The notes beneath the pieces were generated by a model. The model made no database searches. It was not told where the DNA came from and was given only the letters and a program-made list of their open reading frames with translations. From assembly GCA_038496445.1 (NCBI GenBank), contig JALMLS010000215.1, forward strand, positions 248,001 through 312,000: 64,000 nucleotides of DNA, in the 5' to 3' direction. The position numbers and the translations under genes are program-made. Origin of the DNA: Trichosphaerium sp. ATCC 40318. Taxonomy: Eukaryota > Protista > Tubulinea. Within the stretch, counting starts at the first letter, position 1. Each line of letters begins with the position of its first letter. Positions 40,578-54,155 of the stretch are shown here, piece by piece.

Positions 40578-43285
40578 ATGAGCGAACACGATGGCAATGA
40601 AGTTGCATTCGTTGCAGAGCTGTCAGAAGCGTGTGACGCCCTTGTTCAATGTGAAGTGCGCCCAGAGGCTTGCAAGGAGTGGGTAATAGGTACATGGGTG
40701 GTAACGTTTCATTATTTAACCTTTTACAGTTACAATTCAAGAATATGTAGCACAAAGTGTGCGTCCAAGGTGCTTCGCAGCGTTGCGTACATCAGTTGTA
40801 AAAGTACGTCACTTAAAAACAATAATTAATTAACCACCTCGTTACACTCAAAATGCGCCTTAGAATACGCTACCAGACACATTGCTGGCGGTTTTTTCGC
40901 TTTTGGACGAATTTATGATAATGTTGGAGCGTGGTCCAATTGCCACAATTTGGACATCCACTACTGATCGTCGCAACGCCATGAGCGAAATACAACGTAC
41001 AATAGAAGCGGCATTTTATACAAAATGGCTCATCTCACTCATTCGCCGCTACTTTGGGCATGTACTTTCGTCTATATGCGACGAGGACGAGGCTGATCAA
41101 ACGCGTGGTTCAACACCGAGCCAGACATACAAAGAGCTCGCAGTTCGGATGAGAAGCGTTGGGATTATGAACATTTGCGAATCCGAAGTGCGCGCAGTTG
41201 CAACAGCTAAAATAGATGAGCATTTGACGCAAGTGGCAAAACAACAATTTGACGATCCGCTTTTGGCTCAACTCAGACAATGGCTAAATGACGTCGTATT
41301 TCAATTTTTGTCGGTGGTTGTAGGTGGTGATGATGAAGACACATTGGTACAGTGGAAGGTACATTGTCAAGAAATTTAACATGTTGTAGGAAAAACGATA
41401 AAAAACTAGTTTCCTTTTTGGTATTTTTCTTTTTTTGTTTTTGGCGTCACCACTCACTCCCTTGTTCTCTCTGTACAGAACAGAATAGAATCATACTTTT
41501 ACGAATCTTTCGCACGACTGCGTATCGGTGAGATATTCGATATTATCAAACAGTGTGTCTACGAAGATGACTTGCCCGCCTTGGAAGACTTGGAGATTGC
41601 ATTGCGCCAAGCAAATATGTATCACGTGTTATTAAAAGCGGTGCAACGAGACATACGAGAAAGGTACTACAATTTACTTACGCATCCTCAATGCTAAGAC
41701 CTCCAAAAGGCTATTGGTTGTTGGCGCGAACACTGTTTCCGTTCTTCAAACTTATGTGGCGACGATAAAGGTCCTAAGGTAAGTAATCTTTTATTTTGTT
41801 GTAGTATAGATTAGTCTAAGTCCTAATCTTGTATTAGACGTATAGCTGGTGGACAGGCGTTGGTGGATATCATCTCATCACCAATCAAACAACACCTCAA
41901 ATCGAGGAAGGATACGATAAGGGCGATTGTCGGCATGATCACCAGCGACCAGGGCGCAGACATGCTGGAAGAGCTTGCAGTTTCATCAAATGTGGCACCT
42001 GGTTACTGGGAACAGACAATCGTCGCAACACAGGGCACACAATTTTCACAAGGTACGCATTGCACCCTTCATATTTTCTACTCGAATACTTGTTTTATTG
42101 TCCCAGTTGTTAACTCCTTGCACTAGAACGTGACACAATCTCGCTGTTGATAGATATTTATGGTAGCGCAGACTCGTTTATAGACGAATATACAAATCTT
42201 CTTAAGGACCGATTACTTCAAATTACAGACTTTGATACAAGCCGTGAAGTTCGCAACATTGAGCTATTAAAGTGCAAGTTTGGTGAAACAAGCTTCGACA
42301 AGTGTCAAGTTATGCTCCGCGATCTGACAATATCTAAACGCATCAACGCCTTTGTCAAACAGCTCATGAAAAAACCAACATCGGGAGCAGACAAAGAGAA
42401 CGTCTTATGTTCTGGAGTAGAGTACTTGAACGCCACAATCATTTCTCGACTGTACTGGCACAATGTCAAACCGCAACAGCTTAACCTCCCACAACATATT
42501 CACGGGTATATTGACCACTTTCTCGAGCATGGTGTTAATATTTACTCTTCTTGTAGTGCGATGGAGGCCTTTGAATCTGGATACAGGAATCAGATGCCGT
42601 CGCGCAAGTTGCAGTGGGTTCCTCAAATAGGGCAGGTAGATTTGGACCTGGAGCTGGCAGGCGAAACTGTATCGCTCACTGTGGCACCAGCACAGGCATC
42701 TATCATAAGTTTATTCTCAGAAAAAGGTATGGCTTGTGCTTTGAACACCATGTTGTGGCGTGCGTGCTTGTAACATAATTTTTTCTTTTAGAACATTGGT
42801 CGCTAGCAGATATTGCTCAAGCCAGTGGTCTAGATCCAGTTGTAGCAAAACGAAATTGCATGTACTGGGTCAACGCTGGCTTTGTTCGTACTTCACCACC
42901 CGATGGGTTTGAGTTGGTGGACACCATCGACACTGAAAGTAACAGAAATGCAGACTGTACGTTTTGATATTAGAGCGATTTTTTTATTTTCACGAACCAT
43001 CAACGATTGCGTTGTACTGACATTAATCGCTATGAAGCATCGTACATGGAAGAACAGCAGGGACCTGAAGAGGAACAAGAAGATCCTATGCAAGGTCTTA
43101 TTACAAACTACGTGACAGCTATGGTTTCTAATAGTGGTCCTAAATCGTTGGGTCAGATGCAGATGATCTTGTCCGGCATTGTCCCAGGCTACACCAAAGA
43201 ACCAGCAGACTTGAAGCGAATACTCGACGGGCTAGTAAAACAACATAAGCTCAGTTCTTCGGCTGGGATGTACGGCCCGATTTAA
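40578..43285 (+). CDS. ANAPC2: Anaphase-promoting complex subunit 2 (cullin-homology)
   Basis: LRIGEIFDII, RLLVVGANT, HLKSRKDTIR, IYGSADSFIDEY, IELLKCKFGE, ISRLYW, RKLQW. Confidence 0.93.
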
Positions 43286-43455
43286 AGCCGCCAAATAAAC
43301 TGTACATGTAATCCAAACCACGCAATAGATTCACATCGCACTCGCCGCAAGTACTTGTGATCAAAGAACGTTTTTCTGCGTGTTGAGAAATAAAATTCTC
43401 AAAAAGTCTCCATCCATCCCATAAGCTACTAAGCATCGTAACAGTACGCCTGGTA

Positions 43456-46400
43456 ATGGCCAAACTCGTTTCTTTCTTTCGTACACCTGGATTGACAGAC
43501 GCCGACATTAATGCGCTACGTACAAAGGTGTGTAGCGTATTACAAGGCACTGGTAACGCCTTGGTTGGGTTAGAAACAGAATATCGCTTCTATGTACAAG
43601 TTAGCGAAACTTTTACCGCCGAACAAACCGAAAAGTTACGCTGGCTACTAGTAGAGACATTTGAGCCAGAGAAATTCAACACGGAAACTTTTCTCGTGCG
43701 CAATTATCAAGAAATGTAGAATAACTGTCACAGCGACTAAAAAAGTAAATTGTAGGCTACTGGCGACCAAAAAAAAGACGTGTACGCTACTGTTGTCGAA
43801 ATAGGGCCACGCCTGAATTTCACAACTGCTTGGTCCACCAACGCTGTCACAATATGTCAAGCATGTGGTCTTGACATCCAACGCATGGAAAGATCACGCA
43901 GATTTCGTATTGTAACAAAGGTACTTTACGTTACAAACCAACATGCTCGTTAACCATTCTAAACAAAAGGCTCCCCTCGATCCGCAACACTTGTCCGCAA
44001 TACAAGCATCTGTACATGACAAAATGACAGAGTGTGTTTACACATCCCCATTGACCACGCTTACATCTCCTCTCAAGCCAGAGGTACGCCATGTTCCAAC
44101 ACAAAGGATTTGTAAGGTATTAATATTAATCTTACTTTTCTCTTGACAGAAATGGAGTCACGTCGCTGTTATGGAGGAAGGTCCAGAAGCGATTTCTAAG
44201 ATAAACAAGAGTTTGGGATTGGCATTCGACGATTGGGACATTGACTATTACTACCGCCTCTTCCATGACAAGCTCAAACGGAATCCTACCACTGTAGAGC
44301 TCTTTGACCTAAGTCAATCTAACAGCGAGCACTCTCGTCACTGGTTCTTCAAAGGAAAAATAGTGATTGACGGTAAGGAGATGCCAGGCTCCCTCATGGA
44401 CATGCTTCAAACAACACTGACAGCAAACCACACCAACAGGTAAACCCTCTCTCTTCTTTGAAACGCAAGTAAGCGTACTGACAAGCGATGCAGTGTAATC
44501 GCATTCAAAGACAACTCCTCGGCCATTCGTGGTTACAGCGTACCTATGCTGCTACCTCGTACCCCTGGTAAAGTGTGTGCTCTTACTGAACAACAAAAAT
44601 ACAATCACATCATATTCACCGCTGAAACACACAATTTTCCAACCGGTATTGCTCCATTCCCAGGCGCAGGTAAACTTGTTTTTGACTGAATTTACATCGG
44701 CCTCGCACTAACTCTGTTGGCTATAGAAACTGGAACTGGTACTTGAACACCTCCACCTTGATTCAGCGACGTATGTGCGCAATTAACACAATTAACAGGA
44801 GGCAGACTCAGAGATACCCATGCGACAGGCAAAGCTTCATTACCGGTTGCAGGAACAGCAGGCTACTGCGTTGGTAACCTTAACATCCCAGACTATCCGT
44901 TGCCTTGGGAGCACAAGCTAGAATATCCTTCCAACCTTGCCTCACCACTACAGATTGAAATTGACGCAAGTAATGGTGCAAGCGACTACGGCAACAAATT
45001 TGGTACAGCAACAAACATTGCATAGCACAAACAACTAGCTCACACTCCCCAACAGGCGAGCCTCTTATCAATGGTTTCACAAGAAGCTTCGGTCTATCGC
45101 TACCTGATGGAGAGCGCAGGTACGAACCCAATACATCAGCTATTGCTTTCTTTGGGTTGTAATCACTAACTTGTTGCTTCCTGTTAGAGAGTGGATCAAA
45201 CCAATCATGTTTTCGGGCGGTATTGGCTTTATTGGATCAGAGAACGTCGTCAAGGGAGAACCCGAGATCGGCATGCTTGTTGTAAAGCTTGGAGGGCCAG
45301 CTTATCGTATAGGTATTGGTGGAGGAGCAGCATCGTCTATGCTTCAGGCACGATCGCCAGAATAACTAGAGAACAGCGCACAACTAATATCTAAGCTGTA
45401 GGGAGAAAATGAACAAGGCCTCGACTTCAATGCTGTTCAGCGTGGAGACGCTGAAATGGAACAAAAGGTGAATCGCGTCATTAGAGCTTGTTCTGAATTG
45501 GGAGACGGTAATCCTATCGTCTCTATTCACGACCAGGGTGCAGGTGGTAATGGAAACGTACTCAAAGGTGCGCAATTAGTTCACTATGTGATTGCTTTGT
45601 TATTTACTCGTCACTCGTTTAGAGATTGTGGAACCACTCGGTGCCAAGATTGATCTACGCAACATTCTAGTCGGCGACAAGTCTCTCAGTGTCCTCGAAA
45701 TATGGGGCGCTGAGTATCAAGAAGCAGACGCTCTCCTCATACGTCCAGAGTCGAAAGAGTTGTTCTCTAGTATCTGCGAAAGGTACCTACCCTGATAACA
45801 AATTGTTTTGATTGTTGTTTATTAAAACTTGTATCATAGGGAAAGCTCTCCATTTGCTATTGTAGGTGTTGTAACGGGCGATGGCCGTGTCACCCTCTAC
45901 GACTCAACTGTAAGGATACCACCACTGCATTTATTGCTGACATGTGTGTTTGCCTCTAGGATGACACTTCGCCATTTGACTTGCACTTGGACGATGTATT
46001 GGGCAAGATGCCACGCAAAACATTCTCATCGGATAGCTACACGCCTAAACTTACGCCATTCAAGTTCAGCGACGGTAACAGCCCTACTGTTATGGAAAGT
46101 CTGGATCGCGTTTTGCGGTTGCTCAGCATTGGTTCGAAACGCTTTCTGACAACCAAAGTGGACAGGTGTGTCACCGGTTTGATTGCACAACAACAGTGTG
46201 TCGGACCGCTCCACATACCCCTCTCTGATTATGCAGCCATCGCACACTCTTACACATCCACTCGTGGCGCTGCTACAGCTGTAGGAGAGCAGCCTATCAA
46301 GGGCCTTTTGGATCCAGCAGCTATGGCTCGGTTAACAGTCGGTGAAGCACTCACAAATCTGGCCTGGATCAAGACAGAACCTCTGGATCATATCAAGGCA

Positions 46401-48372
46401 TCTGGAAACTGGATGTGGCCTGCTAAGCTCCCTAAAGAAGCAAGTGCGATGTACAGCGCATGCTCAGCACTTGTAGATGTGCTCATCAAGTTGGGTCCTG
46501 CGATAGATGGCGGTAAGGACAGTCTCAGCATGGCTGCCAAGGTCAACGACGATATGGTTAAATGCCCTGGCACTCTTGTAGTGTCTTTATACGCCCCGTG
46601 TCCGAATGTACTAAAGAAGGTAACACCAGATTTGAAGTCCGTTGGCAGTAGCTTGTTCCTGATCGACTTTGGTAACAACAAAAACCGTTTGGGCGGCTCA
46701 GCCTTTTGCCAAGTGTACAACCAAGTCGGTAACAACGTACCTGATATGGATGATGTTGAGGCCTTCAAACAAGGCTGGAATACTGTGCAAGCACTCATTG
46801 ATAACGATATGATTTTAGCAGGTACCGCAGGCCTTGAATTTTGTTCACTTGTATTCCTGTTCTTGTATTAAACCCTCACACTTTGTTATAGGCCATGACA
46901 GAAGCGATGGTGGTCTGATTGTAACGCTGTTAGAGATGGCTTTCGCAGGCAATGTGGGATTCTCGGTAGACTTGCCAGCATCCTTCACATCCATTGAGAC
47001 AGAAGGAGATGACATGTTTAAGAACGTATTGTGTCCTTTGTTTGCTGAAGAGCTGGGTTTGGTATTTGAAGTTGATGTGGCTAAAGTAGAGGCAACCAAA
47101 CAAATCTTAAAGTCAGGAGGTGTACCTTTCCACGTGTTGGGTAACGTCACAGGAGACAAGATGGCAACCGTCACAGCTGCTGGAAAACCAGTGCTATCTG
47201 CGCCTATCACACAACTACGTGACACTTGGGAAGAGACGTCATTCCGTTTGGAAATGCGTCAAGCCAACCCAAAGTGCGTTGAACAGGAGCGCGATAACCT
47301 CAAGAACCGGTCTACTCCTCCTTTTACGCTGACGTACTCGCCGTCACCTACATTACCAAAGTACTTGGTAAACCGTCCTAAAGTGGCTATCATCAGGTAC
47401 TTGACCTCAATTCTGCTGTAACTTTAAATTAATGCGGTTGTTTAGGGAAGAAGGAAGTAACAGTGACAGAGAAATGTCATCCATGTTTTATCAGGCTGGC
47501 TTTGAAGTGTGGGACGTTCTCATGAGGTATGGCGCCGTGTTACCAGTTACATGCTAACAGGTTTTACAAAGCGACTTGAGATCCGGTAAAATCGGACTCA
47601 CTCAATTTAGAGGGATTGCCTTTGTAGGCGGTTTCTCTTTTGGTGACGTACTAGACTCGGCCAAGGGATGGGCAGGTGCCATTAAGTTAAACGATAAGGT
47701 TCTAGCGGAGTTTGCAGCATTCCGTGCCCGCAAAGACACTTTCAGCCTGGGTGTTTGCAACGGCTGCCAATTGATGGCTCTCCTTGGATGGGTGCCATAC
47801 GAGGGTGTTAGCATGCAACAGCAGCCGAGGTTTGTGCACAATGCCAGTGGCCGTTTCGAATGTCGGTTTGTGACTGTTAAGATTGCCGAGTCTCCAGCAC
47901 TCATGCTTAAAGGTACGTATACTCTTTTGTTTTGTGGCGTTGTATTAACGGAGGATTTGCTTAGGCATGGAGGGAAGCAGTTTGGGCGTATGGTCAGCAC
48001 ATGGCGAGGGTCGTGCCCTGTTCCCTAGTCAAAAGATTTATGAATCTGTGGTCAAGGACAAGCTCGCTCCAATGCACTATGTCAATGACCAAAACGAAGC
48101 AACAGAAGCGTATCCATTCAATCCAGCTGGTTCACGGGCTGGTATTGCTGGCTTGTGCTCTTCAGATGGTAGACACCTGGCTCTCATGCCACATCCAGAA
48201 AGGTACGGCTCAATCACGCCTGGACTACGAATAGGTGTACTAATGCAAGTTTAGGTTACCAGCCATGTACTCCTGGCCATGGATGCCACCACAGTTGAAG
48301 CAAGTGTCAACAACGCCTTGGCTCCAAATGTTCCAGAATGCTCGCACATGGTGTGATGAAAATAGCGCTTGA
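43456..48372 (+). CDS. PFAS: Phosphoribosylformylglycinamidine synthase (large PurL/Ade6)
   Basis: NSEHSRHWFF, ETHNFPT, KPIMFSGG, HDQGAGG, GGKDSLSM, HDRSDGGL, GGFSFGD, GVCNGCQ, MPHPER. Confidence 0.97.
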
Positions 48373-48474
48373 GCCTCTCTATCCAACCAAATAAAATATC
48401 AGCCTTCTTTTTTGTACATACAATGTTCAGGTTTAATTTTCTTTTTTGGGGTTTTGTTTTTTTGGTTGTACAAT

Positions 48475-49622
48475 TTATTTTACAGACTCAGATTGTGATT
48501 GCTCTCCACGAGAGGTATTGGACAACTGCGAACTCGTTCTGGCTCGCTTGCGCGCCAATTGTTGCTCTTCTAGTGCTTTGTCTTGGTGACTCTTGAGGTG
48601 TTCTTTCAGCAATGTCAACTCTCTCACTGTTTTCGCTTCTGCGTTTTGGAGCCTGTTCGATGTGTTAACAGTTTTAACCAGGTATTTATTTATTTTGAAA
48701 ATAAGGAAGGGATTGACGCATATTAAGTACCTGTATATCTCACGACGTTCGATGCCGAGTTTAGATGAGAGCGCTTGGTTCTCCTTGCGCAAAGCTAAAA
48801 AGTCTTCTTGCAATTTGACATACAGTTCTGCACCTTCGAGTTGTGACTGGCTCGTCATTTGTTGTTGCAGCTTATCGATTTGTGCCCTTTTATAAAAAAT
48901 CCGTTAAGCAACGCGACCATGCGTTTAATTAGCACCAACCTCAATTTGTCCACCTCTGATTTGTGTAATTGCTCAATTTGCTTAATGCCTCGTTCATTTA
49001 TTTCCTCCAAACTTTTTGAATAGGCCCGTGCCATCGTGAGTTCAGCCTGGAGCAGCTTGCAAATGTCCTCTGCCTCTTGTCTCAAATTCTCCTCTGCCTG
49101 CGCTTCAGTTAGCACAAGCAAGAAGTGCGTGTGGGGTTGACACGCATTCAACAAATTTGACTTTGGTTTGTGTCGTACCCGCAATTTGCGTTCAAGCTCA
49201 GATGAATCTTCTTGCTGGAAATTTACACCAGGCAGTGCGAAAAGCTATGCGTATCGTTAACCGAGATTTTTTTTGTTTTATAACAGCTCGCTTCAATAAA
49301 TACAATTATTTATCTCCACACGTACTTCGGTACTGCTTCTTCGTTGCAAGGCTTCTTGACGCTTATTTTTGCGCTTCTTGTCTCCTGGTTTGCTACCAAA
49401 CTTTAGAACAACGCATAGCCTACAAACGCACTTTGGCTGCTCTGGACCTTCATCAAGGAGAGCCGTAAAGGTAAAAAGACTCAAACAGATAACAACAATC
49501 CCAAGATTGACCAATAGCGCTTTATTCGTTGTAGCTGCAAAAGATGTGAGCATAGACACAACGGCAGTGTACCAAATCGGTAAGCCACCTTGGCGCTTAC
49601 TAAAATCGAGTATTTTGTTCAT
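48475..49622 (-). CDS. Membrane-anchored coiled-coil protein of unknown function (start uncertain)
   Basis: Two hydrophobic segments in the first ORF, then heptad-rich exons linked by GT-AG introns. Confidence 0.6.
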
Positions 49623-50349
49623 CTAAGTGTAAGAAGCGCGTTTACGTACTCAAATTAGTCAGCAACTCCGGCAATGACGACATTTCTTAATAATTGTGTG
49701 CTTACTAGCACCTAAACGGCTAGAACAAACGCCTCTTAGCGAAATTTAGTGATTATTGACCTTGCATGCCCCAATACAGGAGCTTAGCTGCAACTGGAAA
49801 AAAGTACCCGTTGCAACTTTTATTGACCAATATCGCTTTGTGCGTATCTTGACGAGATTTTGTTTTGAGGCTTCCCACAGCGTTTTGTTTTAAGATGCGA
49901 AAAAACTGAGAGCAATTATACATCGCGTAGTTTTTATTAAAACACTCTGATTTAGTTACTAACTAGTTCTATGGCCGCAGTGCCGTATGTTTGAAAGAAA
50001 AACCAAAATGGACACTGGGCATTGGTGTATTGGCTTTCGTACGCCTGGGAGTGGAGTTGGGATATGATGATGATAATGACAGCTGTCGTTATAAAGTGCC
50101 GAGAAGCCAGCGCCCGTTAAAACATATGGGGGGGTGGAGGAGGCATGTGTAGCTTGTCAAAAAGGGCATATATATATCTCCATGAAATTTGATCGTACTT
50201 TCTTAACCCATGTGTTTGGTTTTTTACCGGATACTGGTTCATTCCTCAATTTTTTTTGTTTTTTTTTTGTGCCAATCTATCATTTTCAACCTTCCTTCCC
50301 AGCCCAACAAAAGTCCAATACTATGTGGATTTTGATGAGCATATCACAG

Positions 50350-53187
50350 TTAGGTTTCAACGATTTTAGCATCTGGAGCGTGGCCACTTTCTGCCTCACC
50401 ACCTGTGGCGGCGTTGGCGCTTTCTATGGCTGAATCGCTGGTTTTAGATGCTGTTGGTGGTGTTGACTCTGCGCAGTTGGTTAAATAACTGCTGAATAAA
50501 GCACATACATAAAACGCTTTTACATACCTGCAGGGCTTGGTGCTGCTGCTGCTGGCGCGCGCTTCTTTGGGACCCATTGCTGCTGAGGACGAGATGACCT
50601 ATTGTTCCTCGACCTTCCATTCGAAGACTCTACAAAAACAATGTTTGCATGCAAATTGGGTAGGGGTAAAATAGGGCTTACTGTATGACTTGGATTTAGC
50701 AGGTTTGGGTTGGGGTGCTGGTTGTTCGTTCGAATTTTGTGCAGGAGGTGTCTGTACTGCTGGGGTCGCAGGCATTGCTGCACCCATGCGCAAGTGATAT
50801 GGCACAAATTCGGCGACATCTGCGCTCATCTTTCGTTTACCACTTTCAGACGGTCTGTCTGCAGCACCTTCAGCTTGTGTGGACGTCCCAGGTGCAGGTT
50901 GCGTTGCAAGCGGATAATATACTTGTCCCTAATGCCAAAACAGTAAGCACAACAACCCACAGGCATGATGGTATCCAAACCAAGTCGTTAGTTATGTAGA
51001 ACGTACCTTGTGATCCATGTACGGTTGTGAATATCTGTAAGGAGGGTTTGGTTGGCCGTATTGTGCTGCAGTTACGTTTGGAAGGTAAAAGTACTGCTGT
51101 ACAGCCTGACCCTGAGGCATGCCGTTCATCATGTTGGGATTTACACCTCCCGCAACGGTACCGTCCTGAGACCAAACTACAGGCATCGTTGGATAAGCGG
51201 CTGGGTAGCCAGGCGGCATTTGACCTTGAGGCATCATGATTGGTACACCCGATTGACTCAACATCATTGGTACATTGCCAGCGCCACTGCCCACACCTTG
51301 ATTGTAGGCGACAGGATCGCCATGGCCTTGTGCCATCCATTGCTGCAGTTCTTGTGTACTACGCACCTATAAAAAGTGGTTAGCAGTGGGGTGGGGTATT
51401 TTCCTCTCTTTTCATCCGAAACGTACAGCGCGCTGTGTAGAATAACGTTTTGGTTTGGCAGGCAATCCACTTAGATCAAGCTCATCCATGCCATTCAAAT
51501 AGTCACCGTCTCCATTTTTAGCATCTGCCCACTGCAATTGGGACTAAAGCGCGAGATTTGTTAGCATAATTAGTCAATTAAGGAATGTAGGCATTTTTGT
51601 TTAATTTTAGCAGGTAGCATAGAGGGCGCGTCCAACAATTAAAATGTGTTTGACATGAATGAAACAACTCAAAAAAGTTTAGTCCACGTACGTGGTTATT
51701 CTCTTCGTGTTGATTGCCACGTTGTTTGTGTTTTCCATGTCTACGTGATCCATTGTGCTGTTCATGTTTTGTATTATTGTCGTTGGTGCCTTTTGGTCTG
51801 TATTTGAGGGTTGTTTTCCCGGATGCGCGATCGCCTTGCTTGTCATCTTGCTTCTTTTTCCTGTACACAGTACGCTTTTCGCTGTATCTGCCACGTTTAC
51901 CTCCGCGTTGGCGATATCCCTTGCCTCTCCCACGATTTTTAAATCCGCCTCTTCCTCTGCGGCCTCTCTTGTGTACCATGTCAGCACAAATCAAATTATT
52001 TTATTTTTGTCGCAAAATTAAAAAGAATAAAATAATGAAAAAAAAAATTCACACAAGGCATACCCTGCCAGAGTCTCTGTCGACTTCGTTGTATTTGTCA
52101 TGTTGCCATTGTGGATCTTCCTCGCTAACTCTAATGTGAGTGCCCAAGAACAAAGAGATTGGAGGAAACAGGTCCAGGTAGTTGACATGGCACATGTACG
52201 CACGTTTCTTCTTGCCATAGCGTGCGTTGTCTGCCTTGTTTATCTGGTGATCGTCTCCCTGAACCGTTTTCTCTGGATTCATCATTCTTGGATGATCTGT
52301 TGTTACGACCTCTACCTCGCGATCGGTTTTTACCTCTACCACGACGTCTACCATTGCCCTTTGATCTGTCATCGTGCATATAAAATTTTCCAGTGGATGG
52401 AACCTAATACAACACTAAGTTTCGCTCATTCATCAAAAAATGACAGATTTAAGTTTTGTTACTTGTACTGGCTTGTACTGAGGAGAGGAAAAAAAATAAC
52501 CATTAAATGTGGCTGCAACAAGTCTATAAATGCGTGCGCACCGTCCATGGTTGGTCAGGTTGCTCTGCAGGTGACATGTCATCATCTTGGACGTTATCTT
52601 TTGCGTCTTCCTCCTGTTGCTCCATCTGTGTGAAGTCGTCTTGTATTTGTTCTTCCTCTGTGCGATATTGGCGATTTGTATTGTGCTTGCGCGTTTTAGG
52701 GGTTACGACAGGTACATAAGCCTACAACCAAAACGTCAATGCTGAAACTTTTGACATCCATCAAAAACACATCTGTAGGTGTACGTTTTAAATTGTTTCA
52801 AGTGATTTACCAGTTTTTAACGTTTAAAAAAATGAGTGCAGAAAAAAAAAAGCCAGTTTCCACCAAGCAAGAATTTTACGTGAGACGACGGAGATAACGA
52901 GAATTGATGTTGTGAGTAATTTTTGGGCAGCAACAACCGATCTTCAAGAAGATGAACACAAAAACGACCAAAACTCGTTTGAACATCAGTACAAGTATAA
53001 ATTTGCGATCGCACGGCGTATTGGGTAATTTTGGCGACTGTACGCATACCTTCACATCAGCTGCGTCATTGCCCCTCTCCAATGCTATGTCGTCTTCGTC
53101 ATCAGAGGCTACGACGCGCTCTGTTGGGCCACATGAATCTCCACTGTCGGAGTCGTCATCTGCAATTAGAATATTGGATGCGCTCAT
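50350..53187 (-). CDS. CASC3: CASC3/Barentsz/MLN51-like exon junction complex protein
   Basis: Spliced PWTVPSTGKFYMHDDR and PQWQHDKY (Btz/SELOR motifs), RGG-rich and P/Q/M-rich regions, PAM2-like MSADVAEFVP. Confidence 0.8.
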
Positions 53188-53488
53188 TAATTACAAGTGT
53201 GTTGTTAATTTGAACGTAGTGTTAACAATAAACAATGTTATAAAGCCAAGTCATAGGCGGTCAAATAACAATAGCTATTAAATCAACCTATGATGTCAAT
53301 GTAATACCAGAGTAAGCAATGATGAGCAACGATCATTATCTTCATTGTTGGTAATTGTGACAGAATAAGAGAACCAAGTTCTGCATTTTCTTGCAATTTG
53401 TAACGAGAATAACTTTTTCAAACTCGAAACAATTTGTACAAAATTGGCTAAAGTACACTTTTTTTTTACACTTTTGTAACAGCAATTT

Positions 53489-53998
53489 CTACGACACCGT
53501 GCTTTGTGATGCTCTTGTAATTGACTCGCTACTCGATGAGGAACTAAAGTCTTCTGACACGCTGTGAGCGACTGCGTCTACATTTGAATTTGGAGTTTGC
53601 GTGGCGCTTGGTGTTGCTGTTTCCTTGGATTTGTTTACCGGCGAAAATGATTTAGCGCTTGCTTTGTGGTAGTAAACAAGAATCGATATACACGCAAACG
53701 CCACGGCAGCCAATGAAACTGCTAAGCCTACTCGCAAATTATAACAAATTAACGTGTTTTATGGCGCACCAACTATTTCTCCAGCAGTAGGGCCTTCAAT
53801 GTCTCGTAGCACGCATTGGCCACCAATACAATCGGCAAAGGAGTCATTACAATTAGTCGTGTTAATACATTGCGCACATGTCATGTTTGAGACGCAAAAT
53901 GCTTGCGTCGAAGCACAGGTAGTGTTCCCACACAACAATTGAGGAGTTACGGCGTACAAACTGCACGCTAACACCAAAACTAGAACAGTGGGTATCAT
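53489..53998 (-). CDS. Small type I membrane protein with Cys-rich ectodomain
   Basis: Signal peptide, Cys-rich module, one intron, TM helix GLAVSLAAVAFACISILVYY, Ser-rich tail. Confidence 0.75.
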
Positions 53999-54155
53999 CG
54001 CCGTGGGTTCTACAATCTACAAACAATGAATGAAAGACAAGTCACATGAATTCTTTTTAAACCAACATTTTTGTTGTATGGTATGTCAAGCACCGTGGAG
54101 AGGTCTCCCAGGAAACGGGAAGGGTAATAGGACATTGTCACATCATTTAACTGAC

